From Coprothermobacterota bacterium (GTDB lineage Bacteria; Coprothermobacterota; HKB111): 35,797 bases of DNA. The notes below the pieces were generated by a model, which was not told the origin of the DNA, searched no databases, and worked only from the letters and a program-made list of their open reading frames with translations. The stretch covers positions 1 through 35,797 of the forward strand of contig JBBIUB010000014.1 in NCBI GenBank assembly GCA_037440465.1, read 5' to 3'. A program made the translations under genes and the position numbers. Below, one piece after another: positions 9,062 to 17,948 of this stretch. The first letter of the stretch is position 1. Every line of letters starts with the position of its first letter.

Positions 9062-10310
9062 CCTTTTTCTTCCACTCCTTTCTTCTCTCCATTCTAATAT
9101 TATGTTTGGGCATTAAGGCTGGTACCTGTCCCTCCATCAAAGAAGCTACACCTTCGTGAGGCTTGACCCTGACTCTTGGTGGGCAAGTGCTTAATCTATC
9201 CCTGGGTTCAGGATAAGAGAAAATCCCGCCTTCGTAGTTTCTAAGGATAACCCTGTCATCGGTAAAAGCTATGATATATTGAGGCGAAACTGGAATCTTT
9301 CCACCTCCTCCAGGAGCATCTATGGTGTATTGAGGAACGGCAAAACCGGATGTGTGTCCCCTTAAGTATTCCATAATCTTAATACCTGTTCCCACGGAAG
9401 TTCTGAAATGTTCAATGCCCTGAGACAGGTCACACTGATAAAGATAATAGGGCCTGACTCTGATTTTTACCAGCTCATGAACAAGCTTTTCCTGAATGTA
9501 CGGACAATCGTTTATTCCTTTTAGAAGTACGCTCTGATTACCAAGTGGTATCCCCGCCTTAAGGAGAAGATTAATACCTTCCGTCATACGGGGTGTAATC
9601 TCTTTGGGATGATTAACCTGGATGTTCATCCACAGTGGATGATACTTCTCCAGCATATTAACTAAAGCAGGGGTTATTCTTTGTGGTAGTACTACTGGAG
9701 CCCTGGAGCCAATCCTGACTATCTCTACATGAGGGATAGCCCTCAAATTTTTAAGAACATATTCCAGAAGTTCATCATCCACTAAAAGAGGGTCACCACC
9801 TGAAAGAAGAACATCTCTTACTGTTTCTGTTTTTCTTATATAATCCAGAGATTTATCTATAAAGATTTTGGTTGCTGCTTTGTCCACTTTACCGACATAA
9901 CGGCGACGGGTACAGTGACGGCAGTACATTCCACAAACATCTGTGATGAGAAAGAGCACTCTGTCCGGGTAACGATGAGTAAGCCCGGGAGTTGGTGAAT
10001 CCAGGTCTTCAGCTAAAGGGTCTCTTAAGTCTACCTTTGAAAATATGCTCTCTTCAAGGGTAGGGATGGCTTGTTTTCTAATTGGGCAGTGTGGGTCCTT
10101 GGGGTCCATTAAAGATACCCAATACGGTGTTATTGCCATGCGGAAGATTTTCAGTGTTTCCCTGATTCCTTCCTTCTCTTCGTCTGTAAGATTGAATACT
10201 TGCTCAAGTTCCTTCAACGTAGTAAGACGATTCCTTACCTGCCATCTCCAGTCTTCCCACTCCTCCAGTTTTACATCTTTGAATAGATTTATGTCTTTAT
10301 AATCCAGCAC
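9054..10310 (-). CDS. kamA: L-lysine 2,3-aminomutase (radical SAM, PLP)
   Basis: THRYPDR, CGMYCRHC (CxxxCxxC), SGGDPL, DAPGGGGKIP. Start moved to GTG at 10310, which follows an AGGAGG SD; the ORF track starts at 10343. Confidence 0.93.
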   Translation of the reverse strand: MLDYKDINLFKDVKLEEWEDWRWQVRNRLTTLKELEQVFNLTDEEKEGIRETLKIFRMAITPYWVSLMDPKDPHCPIRKQAIPTLEESIFSKVDLRDPLAEDLDSPTPGLTHRYPDRVLFLITDVCGMYCRHCTRRRYVGKVDKAATKIFIDKSLDYIRKTETVRDVLLSGGDPLLVDDELLEYVLKNLRAIPHVEIVRIGSRAPVVLPQRITPALVNMLEKYHPLWMNIQVNHPKEITPRMTEGINLLLKAGIPLGNQSVLLKGINDCPYIQEKLVHELVKIRVRPYYLYQCDLSQGIEHFRTSVGTGIKIMEYLRGHTSGFAVPQYTIDAPGGGGKIPVSPQYIIAFTDDRVILRNYEGGIFSYPEPRDRLSTCPPRVRVKPHEGVASLMEGQVPALMPKHNIRMERRKEWKKKDE

Positions 10311-10320
10311 GATCTCCTCC

Positions 10321-11367
10321 TTATTCAGTAAACATCTCCTCAAGAATAGTTCTAAGTATTTTTTCTTTCCTTACTAAATCTAAGGCATATTCAGCATGTC
10401 CGTAACCATAACCGTTCCCAATTATCATGGTTACATCTTTTCCTATCCCTTCTGCCCCTAAGGCAGCTGTGGTAAAACTGGTAGCCATACTGAAAAAATA
10501 TACTATCCCACCTTCCCGGGCAGCCACAATACTGGACATTTCCGTATAGGGAACATTTACTACATTAACCACTACATCAGCAAACCTTCCCCTGGTAAGT
10601 TCTTTCATTTTCTCATAAGTTTCCAAAGCCAGAGAAGCATCTTGAACCCATATCTCATCAACTATACCAAGTCTCTCTGCTCTGGCAGCACTTTTGGGGG
10701 AACCACATAAAGCAAGCAACTTTCCATTTGGACCTATTTTTCTTCTGGCTTCAACCAGAGATAGGAGACCCGACTTGCCTCCCCCTCCTACAACCAGTAC
10801 TGTGTCACCAGGCTTTACTAACCTCCCTACCTGTATGGGAGCTCCAGCCACATCCAGTATAGCTAAGGCTAATATTTCAGAGAAATCAGAAGGTATGTTG
10901 GCAAAGATACCGCTCTCAAAGAGAATAGCTTTACCCTCAACCGTAACCTGAGCTTTCTCAGGATATACTTCTTTTATTCGTTCCAGATTCAATGGGGTAA
11001 GGGTAAGGGAAACCAAAGTAGCTATTCTATCGCCAACTCTAATATCCCCTCTGCTCTGAAGTGTTTCACCAATGGCTTCTATCTCACCTAAAAGCATACC
11101 CCCTGAGTTGGTGACAGGATTATGCATTTTACCCCTGTCTTTCACAATACTCATGATGAGCTCTTTAATCTTCTCTACATAACCTTCTGCCTGGTTTTTG
11201 AGCTGAGTAAAGGAAGCAGAGTCAATATTAAGCCTATCTACTTTAATAAGAATCTCGTTACTGTAAAGCTTGGTTACATCGTTATCTACCCGACGAGCTG
11301 CCTGGGGGAGAACACCAATAGGTTCTATTACCCTGTGACTTCCAAAAGGGTTGCCTTCTCTAAGCAT
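10321..11367 (-). CDS. kdd: L-erythro-3,5-diaminohexanoate dehydrogenase
   Basis: GSHRVIEP.GVLPQ, LNIDSASF, GKMHNPVTNSGG, TLVSLTLTPL, ALGAEG. Confidence 0.92.
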   Translation of the reverse strand: MLREGNPFGSHRVIEPIGVLPQAARRVDNDVTKLYSNEILIKVDRLNIDSASFTQLKNQAEGYVEKIKELIMSIVKDRGKMHNPVTNSGGMLLGEIEAIGETLQSRGDIRVGDRIATLVSLTLTPLNLERIKEVYPEKAQVTVEGKAILFESGIFANIPSDFSEILALAILDVAGAPIQVGRLVKPGDTVLVVGGGGKSGLLSLVEARRKIGPNGKLLALCGSPKSAARAERLGIVDEIWVQDASLALETYEKMKELTRGRFADVVVNVVNVPYTEMSSIVAAREGGIVYFFSMATSFTTAALGAEGIGKDVTMIIGNGYGYGHAEYALDLVRKEKILRTILEEMFTE

Positions 11368-11369
11368 TA

Positions 11370-13544
11370 TTACCTCCTAACGGTTATCTGGCTTAAATCA
11401 CCTAATATGTTAATTGTTTTAAGTATCTTTCCAATAAGAAGCAAACGATTTATCTTCAACTCCTCATCAGGAGTCATTACCAGAACCTTATCAAAAAAAC
11501 TATCCACTGTCTTACCAAGTGAAGATAACTTTCCGAGCCATTCATTTAATGGTTTTTCTTCAATAAAATTAGAAACATCTAAATCTGCCCTGTATAGTTC
11601 TTCTTCCATAGGTTCTTTAAAGAGGGATGGGTCGGGGAATTCTTCTTTTAATTTCTGCCCCTTCATAATATTCTGAATTCTCTTTACTACCAACACTAAG
11701 TCTATAAACTCTTCCTGCTCGTACCATATTTCTAACTGCTTTAACCTGTTCTCTGCTTCTACAAGGTTTAATGGAAACCCATTTCCGAGGATTGCTCTAA
11801 TGTTATCGTAGCGATAACCTTCTTCCAACCACAGAGCTTCAAGACGGGAAAGAAGAATCTTCAAAATCTCGTTTTTAACCTTGGGCATTGGCTGTGATGG
11901 TTTTAGCTCATTAAGTAAGTTCTCCAGAAGGAAGTCTATATCAACTTCTTGACCCCCCACCTCTATCCTCCCCCGCAAGTGGGGAGGAGGGGTTGGTGTA
12001 ATCTCCCACTTATAAATCTCCTTCTCCTCCCCTGGCGGTAGGAGGTAGGAGGAGGGAGGAGGTAGTTTATTCATGGATAGGAGAATTCGTACCACACCCA
12101 TAGCATATCTCCGAAGCCCGTAAGGGTCTTCTGAGCCTGTGGGTTTATATCCCAGCGAGAATAAGCCTGTTAAGCTGTCTAACCTGTCCAGAAGAGATAC
12201 CCATTTTCCAAATTGAGTAGTAGGAATCTTATCATTACTTCCTCTCGGAAGGTAATCTTCATAGAGAGCCTCAGCAACAATAAGGTCTTCACCCTGAATC
12301 AAAGAATATTCTTTTGCCATTACCCCTTCCAATTCTGGGAACTCTTTTACTACTTGAGTAGCCTGGTCAAATTTGAGTAAAGAAAGGATTCTTAAAAGTT
12401 GATTTCTCTCTGAACTTTCCATCAGTTGTGGTAATTTTTCTATTACAGAGAATAATCTTAATGATTTATCTTTAAGAGAACCTAATCCCTCCATGAAAGC
12501 AATGCCTTCAAGAGCGTCTGAAAAAATAATTAAAGGAGTACTAATATCTTCCTTGTAAAAGAAATGAGCGTCTCTTAAGCGTGCTACCGCTACATGTTCA
12601 TATCCTTCAATGATTTTTTTTACTGAATCAATAGAAGGATTGTTAGATACAAAAAGGAAATAAGGAAGTGATTTCCCTTCAGAAGAAAATAGAGGAAAGG
12701 CTTTCAAGTGATGTTTGAGAACTGTGGCAATAAGTGGTGAAGGTAGGCTTAAAAGTTCAAGGGGTATATTTCCTCTCAAAACCTGCGGGAACTCTACAAG
12801 AAAAGTTACCTCATTAAGTAAATTCTCGTCATAATCCCATTTGCCACCTACTTCATAGCTGAGTCTTTCAAGCTCTTCCCGGATTTTTTCCTTTCTCTCA
12901 AATGTGTCAACTAATACATATTGTTCCTTGAGTTTTTCTTTGTAAGAAGAAGCATTTTCCAGAGTAAATTCGCTTCCAAAAAATCTATGTCCTCTGGATA
13001 ATCTTCCAGCGGTTAGATTACCTATCTGAAAAGATACAATTGTATCTCCAAGCAGACTGGTCATCCATCTTATTGGACGGCTGAAATAAAAATCCTCTAT
13101 GTCCCACCGCATGGCTTTGAGTAGTTTAATCCCTTTTATAAGGGAAGGTAAGAAAGAAGTTAGTATATCCTTCGTGTTTACTGGAGGAATCTCTTTAATA
13201 AGAAAGATATAGTCTCCTTCAGTCGTATTCCTCACATCCACATCTTCTATCCTGCCTTTTTGCCCTTGCAAAAATCCTAAGAGAGCTGGGGTGGGTTTAT
13301 CTTCATTATCATAAGCTACCTTTTTGGGCGGACCTTTTACTTCTATTTTTCTTGGTAAGGATTGAGTAGAAATGTCAGATATAAAAGCTGTTAATCTTCT
13401 GGGTGTACCCCAGATTTGTAAAGAACTATAGGGGACTGAGCGCTCAAGAAGATATCGCTCAAAACCTATTTTTATACTCTCTGTAGCTGAACTAATAAAA
13501 GTAGCAGGTAGTTCTTCCCCACCTATTTCCAGAAGGAAGTCCAT
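11370..13544 (-). CDS. glyS: Glycine-tRNA ligase beta subunit, with in-frame palindrome-derived insertion
   Basis: LLEIG.EELP, TPRRL, MRW, FSRPIRW, ARLRDA.FF, EFPELEG, DPYGLRR, FFDKVLVM...NRL. Confidence 0.95.
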   Translation of the reverse strand: MDFLLEIGGEELPATFISSATESIKIGFERYLLERSVPYSSLQIWGTPRRLTAFISDISTQSLPRKIEVKGPPKKVAYDNEDKPTPALLGFLQGQKGRIEDVDVRNTTEGDYIFLIKEIPPVNTKDILTSFLPSLIKGIKLLKAMRWDIEDFYFSRPIRWMTSLLGDTIVSFQIGNLTAGRLSRGHRFFGSEFTLENASSYKEKLKEQYVLVDTFERKEKIREELERLSYEVGGKWDYDENLLNEVTFLVEFPQVLRGNIPLELLSLPSPLIATVLKHHLKAFPLFSSEGKSLPYFLFVSNNPSIDSVKKIIEGYEHVAVARLRDAHFFYKEDISTPLIIFSDALEGIAFMEGLGSLKDKSLRLFSVIEKLPQLMESSERNQLLRILSLLKFDQATQVVKEFPELEGVMAKEYSLIQGEDLIVAEALYEDYLPRGSNDKIPTTQFGKWVSLLDRLDSLTGLFSLGYKPTGSEDPYGLRRYAMGVVRILLSMNKLPPPSSYLLPPGEEKEIYKWEITPTPPPHLRGRIEVGGQEVDIDFLLENLLNELKPSQPMPKVKNEILKILLSRLEALWLEEGYRYDNIRAILGNGFPLNLVEAENRLKQLEIWYEQEEFIDLVLVVKRIQNIMKGQKLKEEFPDPSLFKEPMEEELYRADLDVSNFIEEKPLNEWLGKLSSLGKTVDSFFDKVLVMTPDEELKINRLLLIGKILKTINILGDLSQITVRR
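11953..12057. repeat. Inverted pair of CCTCCCC-loop-GGGGAGGAG palindromic units inside glyS
   Basis: + strand CCCCCCACCTCTATCCTCCCCCGCAAGTGGGGAGGAGG (11953-11990); - strand CCCTCCTCCTACCTCCTACCGCCAGGGGAGGAGAAG (12056-12021). Confidence 0.75.
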
Positions 13545-13545
13545 C

Positions 13546-14421
13546 TTAACTATCTCCTTTGAGCAGTGGAAAACCTAATTTTTCTCTACGAGCAAGATAT
13601 TGGATAGCACATTCTTTAGCCAGAGCTCTTACCCGCAAAATATATTTCTGTCTTTCTGTGGGACTTATCGCTCTGCGGGCATCCAGAAGGTTGAATAAGT
13701 GCGAATTCTTAAGAACAAGGTCATAGGCAGGAAGTATAGAGCCTTTTTTTAATATGTTTCGTGCTTCTGCTTCAAACTCCTCAAACCAATTCTTGAGATG
13801 TGTTACATCTGACAATTCAAAAGCATAGGTGGAGTGTTCCACTTCAAATTGATGCCTGACTTCTCCATAAGTTACACGGTCATTCCAGGATATATCATAG
13901 ACAGAATCTTTTTTAGTCAAAACCATTACCAGCCTTTCTAACCCGTAGGTAAGTTCTAAGGAGGTAGGGAAAAGACTCATTCCTCCTGCCTGCTGGAAAT
14001 AGGTGAATTGGGTTACTTCCTGCCCGTTCAACCAGACTTCCCAGCCTATACCCCAGGCACCCAACGTTGGAGATTCCCAGTCATCTTCCACAAATCTGAT
14101 GTCGTGTTCCCTACCACTGATACCCAGTGTCTCCAGGCTTTCCAGGTATAAACCCTGAGGGTCAGAGGGGGGAGGTTTAATTATTACTTGATATTGATAA
14201 TGTTGAAAAAGCCTATTAGGGTTCTCTCCGTATCTACCATCAGCAGGTCTGCGGCTTGGTTGGACATAAGCAACTTTCCATGGCTCGGGACCCAGAACCC
14301 TTAAAAAAGTTGAGGGGGCCATGGTGCCTGCCCCTACCTCAACATCATAAGGCTGTTCCAATAAACAGCCCTGTTTAGACCAGAAATCGTTAAGTTTCTT
14401 AATAATATCTTGAAAGTTCAT
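13546..14421 (-). CDS. glyQ: Glycine-tRNA ligase alpha subunit
   Basis: [44 protein letters not shown]. Confidence 0.97.
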   Translation of the reverse strand: MNFQDIIKKLNDFWSKQGCLLEQPYDVEVGAGTMAPSTFLRVLGPEPWKVAYVQPSRRPADGRYGENPNRLFQHYQYQVIIKPPPSDPQGLYLESLETLGISGREHDIRFVEDDWESPTLGAWGIGWEVWLNGQEVTQFTYFQQAGGMSLFPTSLELTYGLERLVMVLTKKDSVYDISWNDRVTYGEVRHQFEVEHSTYAFELSDVTHLKNWFEEFEAEARNILKKGSILPAYDLVLKNSHLFNLLDARRAISPTERQKYILRVRALAKECAIQYLARREKLGFPLLKGDS

Positions 14422-14481
14422 GCCATAACCTTCTTATTTTTAATATTATAATGATTATAACATTATTTGAAGAATCAAAAC

Positions 14482-15273
14482 TTATAAGTCAGAAGCCTCC
14501 CCCCACCCACCCTCCCCCTCGAGGGGGGAGGAGTAAGGAGGGTGATTTTTTAGGTTTGCATTATTTAATAACTGCTCAAGAACCCTTGCAGATTGAAGCT
14601 TTACTTCAAATACTCCTTCAAAATATCTAAATAGTGCATGGGATAATCTTACTCCCAATGTTTCTTCGTAATTACAAATATCTTCTATCTGGAATGTCTT
14701 GAGTTCACCTATTAAATTGAAATCATCTTTTGAAAGTAATGAAAGGCCCTTGTTTTGACCACAGGAAAGACACAGATAACCACCATCTTTATGGCTAAGA
14801 TAACCATCTCCTCTCTCAGCTTCACAGGCTATGCAGGCTTCAAGGTCAGGCATATAACCAGAGAGTTTGATAAGCCTCAAAAAGAAAGCGAGAGTAATTT
14901 TTAAGGGTGCTTGAGAAGTCTCCAGAAGTTCCAGTGTATTATTCAACAAAAGATATAAAGTAGAGTCTTTATCTCCAGGAAGAATAGCTTTATAAGTTGA
15001 TTCCAGAACAAGAGAAGCATAACTCCAGAGAATTAAATCTTTTCGTAAGACCTGATAACTTTTAAAAAGATCTGCCTCTGTAAGGGTGTAGCCTTTTCCC
15101 ATATAAATCATTCCATTAATAACAACACCCGGCTCAAGGCGGCTTCCCCATTTCTTTCCTTTAGCCCCTGCTTTGATGAGTCCAAGCTCACGCGTGAGAA
15201 GGTAGGCACTTCTATCCTTCTCACCGGAGCGCTCTGATTTGAGGACTATAGCCTCAATCTTGATCAGTCTCAT
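14482..15273 (-). CDS. recO: DNA repair protein RecO, with palindrome-derived C-terminal extension
   Basis: OB-fold start EAIVLK...GEKD...LT.ELG, GYMP.L..CxxC...GG..CxxC zinc finger; upstream of glyQS. Confidence 0.88.
   Translation of the reverse strand: MRLIKIEAIVLKSERSGEKDRSAYLLTRELGLIKAGAKGKKWGSRLEPGVVINGMIYMGKGYTLTEADLFKSYQVLRKDLILWSYASLVLESTYKAILPGDKDSTLYLLLNNTLELLETSQAPLKITLAFFLRLIKLSGYMPDLEACIACEAERGDGYLSHKDGGYLCLSCGQNKGLSLLSKDDFNLIGELKTFQIEDICNYEETLGVRLSHALFRYFEGVFEVKLQSARVLEQLLNNANLKNHPPYSSPLEGEGGWGEASDL
14496..14537 (+). repeat. CCTCCCCC-loop-GGGGGAGGAG palindromic unit in the recO 3' end
   Basis: CCTCCCCCCACCCACCCTCCCCCTCGAGGGGGGAGGAGTAAG; same layout as the glyS units. Confidence 0.75.
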
Positions 15274-15943
15274 GAAGGTTGCGAGTTGCTATAAACTCCT
15301 CAAGAATCTTATGTGAAGAGCTTGAACCTATCCTGTGAACCCCTGCTTTTATAAAAGACAGGGTTGTTTGAAGGTCTTTTATGCCACCTGAAGCCTTAAT
15401 TTTCAAACCAGACGGAGAATGTTTAGCAAGAAACTGAACATCCTCAAAAATAGTTGGTCTGGGCCCAAAACCTGTAGAAGTTTTAATAAAGTCTACCTTT
15501 TCTTCAGAGAGTATGGTAAGTACCTTGTTAACCTCTTTTTTATCCAGATAAGCCATTTCAATGATGACCTTTAGAATGGCAAATGGAACAGCCTTCCTGA
15601 CCAGTTTGATTTCTTCTCTTACATAATCATAGTCTTTATTCTTTAGGGCTGACACATTCACTACCATATCTATTTCATCGCAACCAAGATTCCTGAGAAG
15701 TGATGCTTCTCCCGCTTTTGTTTCCATAAGGTTAGCTCCGAGAGGAAAGCCTACAACTGAGCAAACCTTAATGCCGATACCTTCAAGCCTTTCCACTACC
15801 TGAGGAACATAAAAAGGATTAACGCAAACAGCATGAAAGCCAAAAACCTCTGCCTCTTTACATAGCTGGTCTACATCCTGCTTAGAGGCATTGGTCCTCA
15901 GAAGGGTGTGGTCAAAATACAACGCCAGTTCACCTGGATCCAA
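15254..15943 (-). CDS. deoC: Deoxyribose-phosphate aldolase
   Basis: DHTLL, VVGFPLG, EIDMV, KVIIE, FIKTSTGF, IKASGGI, RIGSS. Confidence 0.95.
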   Translation of the reverse strand: MDPGELALYFDHTLLRTNASKQDVDQLCKEAEVFGFHAVCVNPFYVPQVVERLEGIGIKVCSVVGFPLGANLMETKAGEASLLRNLGCDEIDMVVNVSALKNKDYDYVREEIKLVRKAVPFAILKVIIEMAYLDKKEVNKVLTILSEEKVDFIKTSTGFGPRPTIFEDVQFLAKHSPSGLKIKASGGIKDLQTTLSFIKAGVHRIGSSSSHKILEEFIATRNLHETDQD

Positions 15944-16715
15944 TACTTCTCACCTCCTTTCTGGTAAAAACTATTTTCTTGAACTCTTCAGGGTCAAGAC
16001 TGCTACCTCCTACCAGGCATCCGGATACATCTGGTTGCTTTATTAGGGAAGATACATTATTGCTATTCACGCTTCCCCCATAAAGCACGGCGATAGTCAT
16101 ACTCTCGGAAATTCCATTTGAATAAAGGTAGGACTTGATAAATTTATGAGCTTCTTGTGCTTGAAGAGGAGTGGCATTGACACCTGTCCCTATAGCCCAT
16201 ACCGGCTCATAAGCAATTATTATAGAGTTTTCAGGTGTGCTATTTTTCCAAACCTTACTTAGGGATAGAAGTTGTTTTTTTAGGATTATGAAAGTTTCTC
16301 CAGCTTCTCTCTCTTTAAGGTTTTCGCCAACACAAACTATGGGAATCAGGTTAGCTTCAAGTGCAGCTAAAAGTTTTTTAGCCACAAGTGAGTTGCTTTC
16401 TTTGAAGTATTTTCTTCTCTCTGAATGGCCAAGAATTACATAGGAACCACCATAATCTTTAATCATAGTTGATGATATTTCACCTGTAAAAGCTCCCTTT
16501 TTTTCATAAAACATGTTCTGGGCTCCCCATTTTAACTTGCTCCCCTTAAGCATTTCACTTAAAAGAGGAAGAAGAGTAAATGGCGGAATAAAAACAATCT
16601 CAGTTTCTTCTGGAATTGCTTTGATAGAGGGAAGAAAAGTCTCTAAGTAATTTTGAACTTCCTTAGAAGTAAAATTCATTTTCCAGTTGGCTATATATAT
16701 AAGCTTATTTTTCAA
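15930..16715 (-). CDS. tpiA: Triosephosphate isomerase
   Basis: ANWKMN, GHSERR, AYEPVWAIGTG, LYGGSV, LVGG. Confidence 0.96.
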   Translation of the reverse strand: MKNKLIYIANWKMNFTSKEVQNYLETFLPSIKAIPEETEIVFIPPFTLLPLLSEMLKGSKLKWGAQNMFYEKKGAFTGEISSTMIKDYGGSYVILGHSERRKYFKESNSLVAKKLLAALEANLIPIVCVGENLKEREAGETFIILKKQLLSLSKVWKNSTPENSIIIAYEPVWAIGTGVNATPLQAQEAHKFIKSYLYSNGISESMTIAVLYGGSVNSNNVSSLIKQPDVSGCLVGGSSLDPEEFKKIVFTRKEVRSIGSR

Positions 16716-16720
16716 ATTAT

Positions 16721-17128
16721 TTAGCCTTCTTCTGAAAGTGTAAGACGAAAAGCATAAGGAAGAAGTTCATTGAGGGCGTAAACCTTCATCCCGTCTGATA
16801 TATCCAGAATGACTTCCATATCTGGACTGAATTCTTCTAATACCTGACGACAAGCCCCACAGGGATATGGTAAATCCCCTTCTTTGGAAGACACAGCTAT
16901 CCCTTTGAATTTCTTCTTTCCTTTAAGAACAGCGCTAAAGACAGCTGTTCTTTCAGCACAAACAGTCAATCCGTAGGAAGCATTTTCAATATTTGCTCCA
17001 GTAAATACTTCTCCATCCTCGGTCAAAAGTGCAGCTCCTACCAGGTAACGAGAATAGGGTGCATAAGCTTTGAGCTTAGCTTTTCTGGCTTTTTCTAATA
17101 AAAGCTGGCGTTCAGCGGATGTTAACAT
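16721..17128 (-). CDS. cdd: Cytidine deaminase (homotetrameric type)
   Basis: AYAPYS, GANIENASYGLTVCAER, PCGACRQ. Likely start is ATG 17128 (MLTSAE); the ORF track starts at 17158. Confidence 0.93.
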   Translation of the reverse strand: MLTSAERQLLLEKARKAKLKAYAPYSRYLVGAALLTEDGEVFTGANIENASYGLTVCAERTAVFSAVLKGKKKFKGIAVSSKEGDLPYPCGACRQVLEEFSPDMEVILDISDGMKVYALNELLPYAFRLTLSEEG

Positions 17129-17948
17129 ACCTATCAAAAACCTCCTTAAGGAACTCAATTAACTTAGTACTCTCTCCCCTGGATACCTTGATATAAAGAC
17201 CATCTTTCTTAAGAAAAACTCTGGCATGCGGGAAATACCTTTCTCTGAGAAAGCCTTCCAGAAGACCGTCTCTTGTTTCTTTTAAAAGCTTTGACTTCTC
17301 TTTTGGTAAACTGTTGTAAATCTTGGCTAGTTTCTCAGTTTCTCTTACACTAAGTTCTCTCTCAACAATTTTATTGGCGAGTTTTATTATCTCTTCATCA
17401 GGGAGAGAAACGAGAGCTCTGGCATGCCCGAATGATAGTTTACCTTCTTGGATGAATTCTTTTACTTCTGAAGGAAGGGAGAGTAGCCTTAAAAGATTAG
17501 TAACCTGTGGCCTGCTTACTCCAATTCTCTCAGCCACCTCATCCTGTGTTAGATTCTTCACTTCAAGAATTCTTTTCAAAGATTCAGCCATTTCCAGAGG
17601 TGTCAGTTCTTCTCTCTGAATATTCTCTATGAGAGATACCTCTGGTACAATATCGTCAGTTATGCCCATAACCAGGGCTTTAATTGTTTTAAAGCCTGCT
17701 AATTGAACCGCCCTAAGCCGTCTTTCCCCGGCTATTAATTCATAGTCATCACCCATAGGTCTGACCAAAATTGGTTGTATTAACCCGGTTGTTTTAAGTG
17801 AAAGAACAAGCTCATTAAGCTTCTCTTTATTAAAATTTCTTCTCGGTTGCCAGGAGGAAGGTTTTATGCTCTCAAAAGGAAGGTCCATCATTTCGCCCAC
17901 TCCAGTGGGGATAAGGTGTTTCAGTCCTCTGCCTAATCTATTCTTCAA
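17112..17948 (-). CDS. parB: Chromosome partitioning protein ParB/Spo0J
   Basis: LGRGL N-terminus, QPR..F, IAGERRLRA, IENIQRE.L, HTH, GHARAL. Confidence 0.95.
   Translation of the reverse strand: MKNRLGRGLKHLIPTGVGEMMDLPFESIKPSSWQPRRNFNKEKLNELVLSLKTTGLIQPILVRPMGDDYELIAGERRLRAVQLAGFKTIKALVMGITDDIVPEVSLIENIQREELTPLEMAESLKRILEVKNLTQDEVAERIGVSRPQVTNLLRLLSLPSEVKEFIQEGKLSFGHARALVSLPDEEIIKLANKIVERELSVRETEKLAKIYNSLPKEKSKLLKETRDGLLEGFLRERYFPHARVFLKKDGLYIKVSRGESTKLIEFLKEVFDRYVNIR

Noticed and set aside
11945..12065. Intein or self-splicing intron in glyS
   Set aside because: Only ~120 nt, with no Cys/Ser...His-Asn intein termini and no group I or II core.
14422..14481. T-box riboswitch ahead of glyQS
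   Set aside because: The intergenic region is only 60 bp, AT-rich, and has no T-box motif. It holds only candidate TATAAT boxes.
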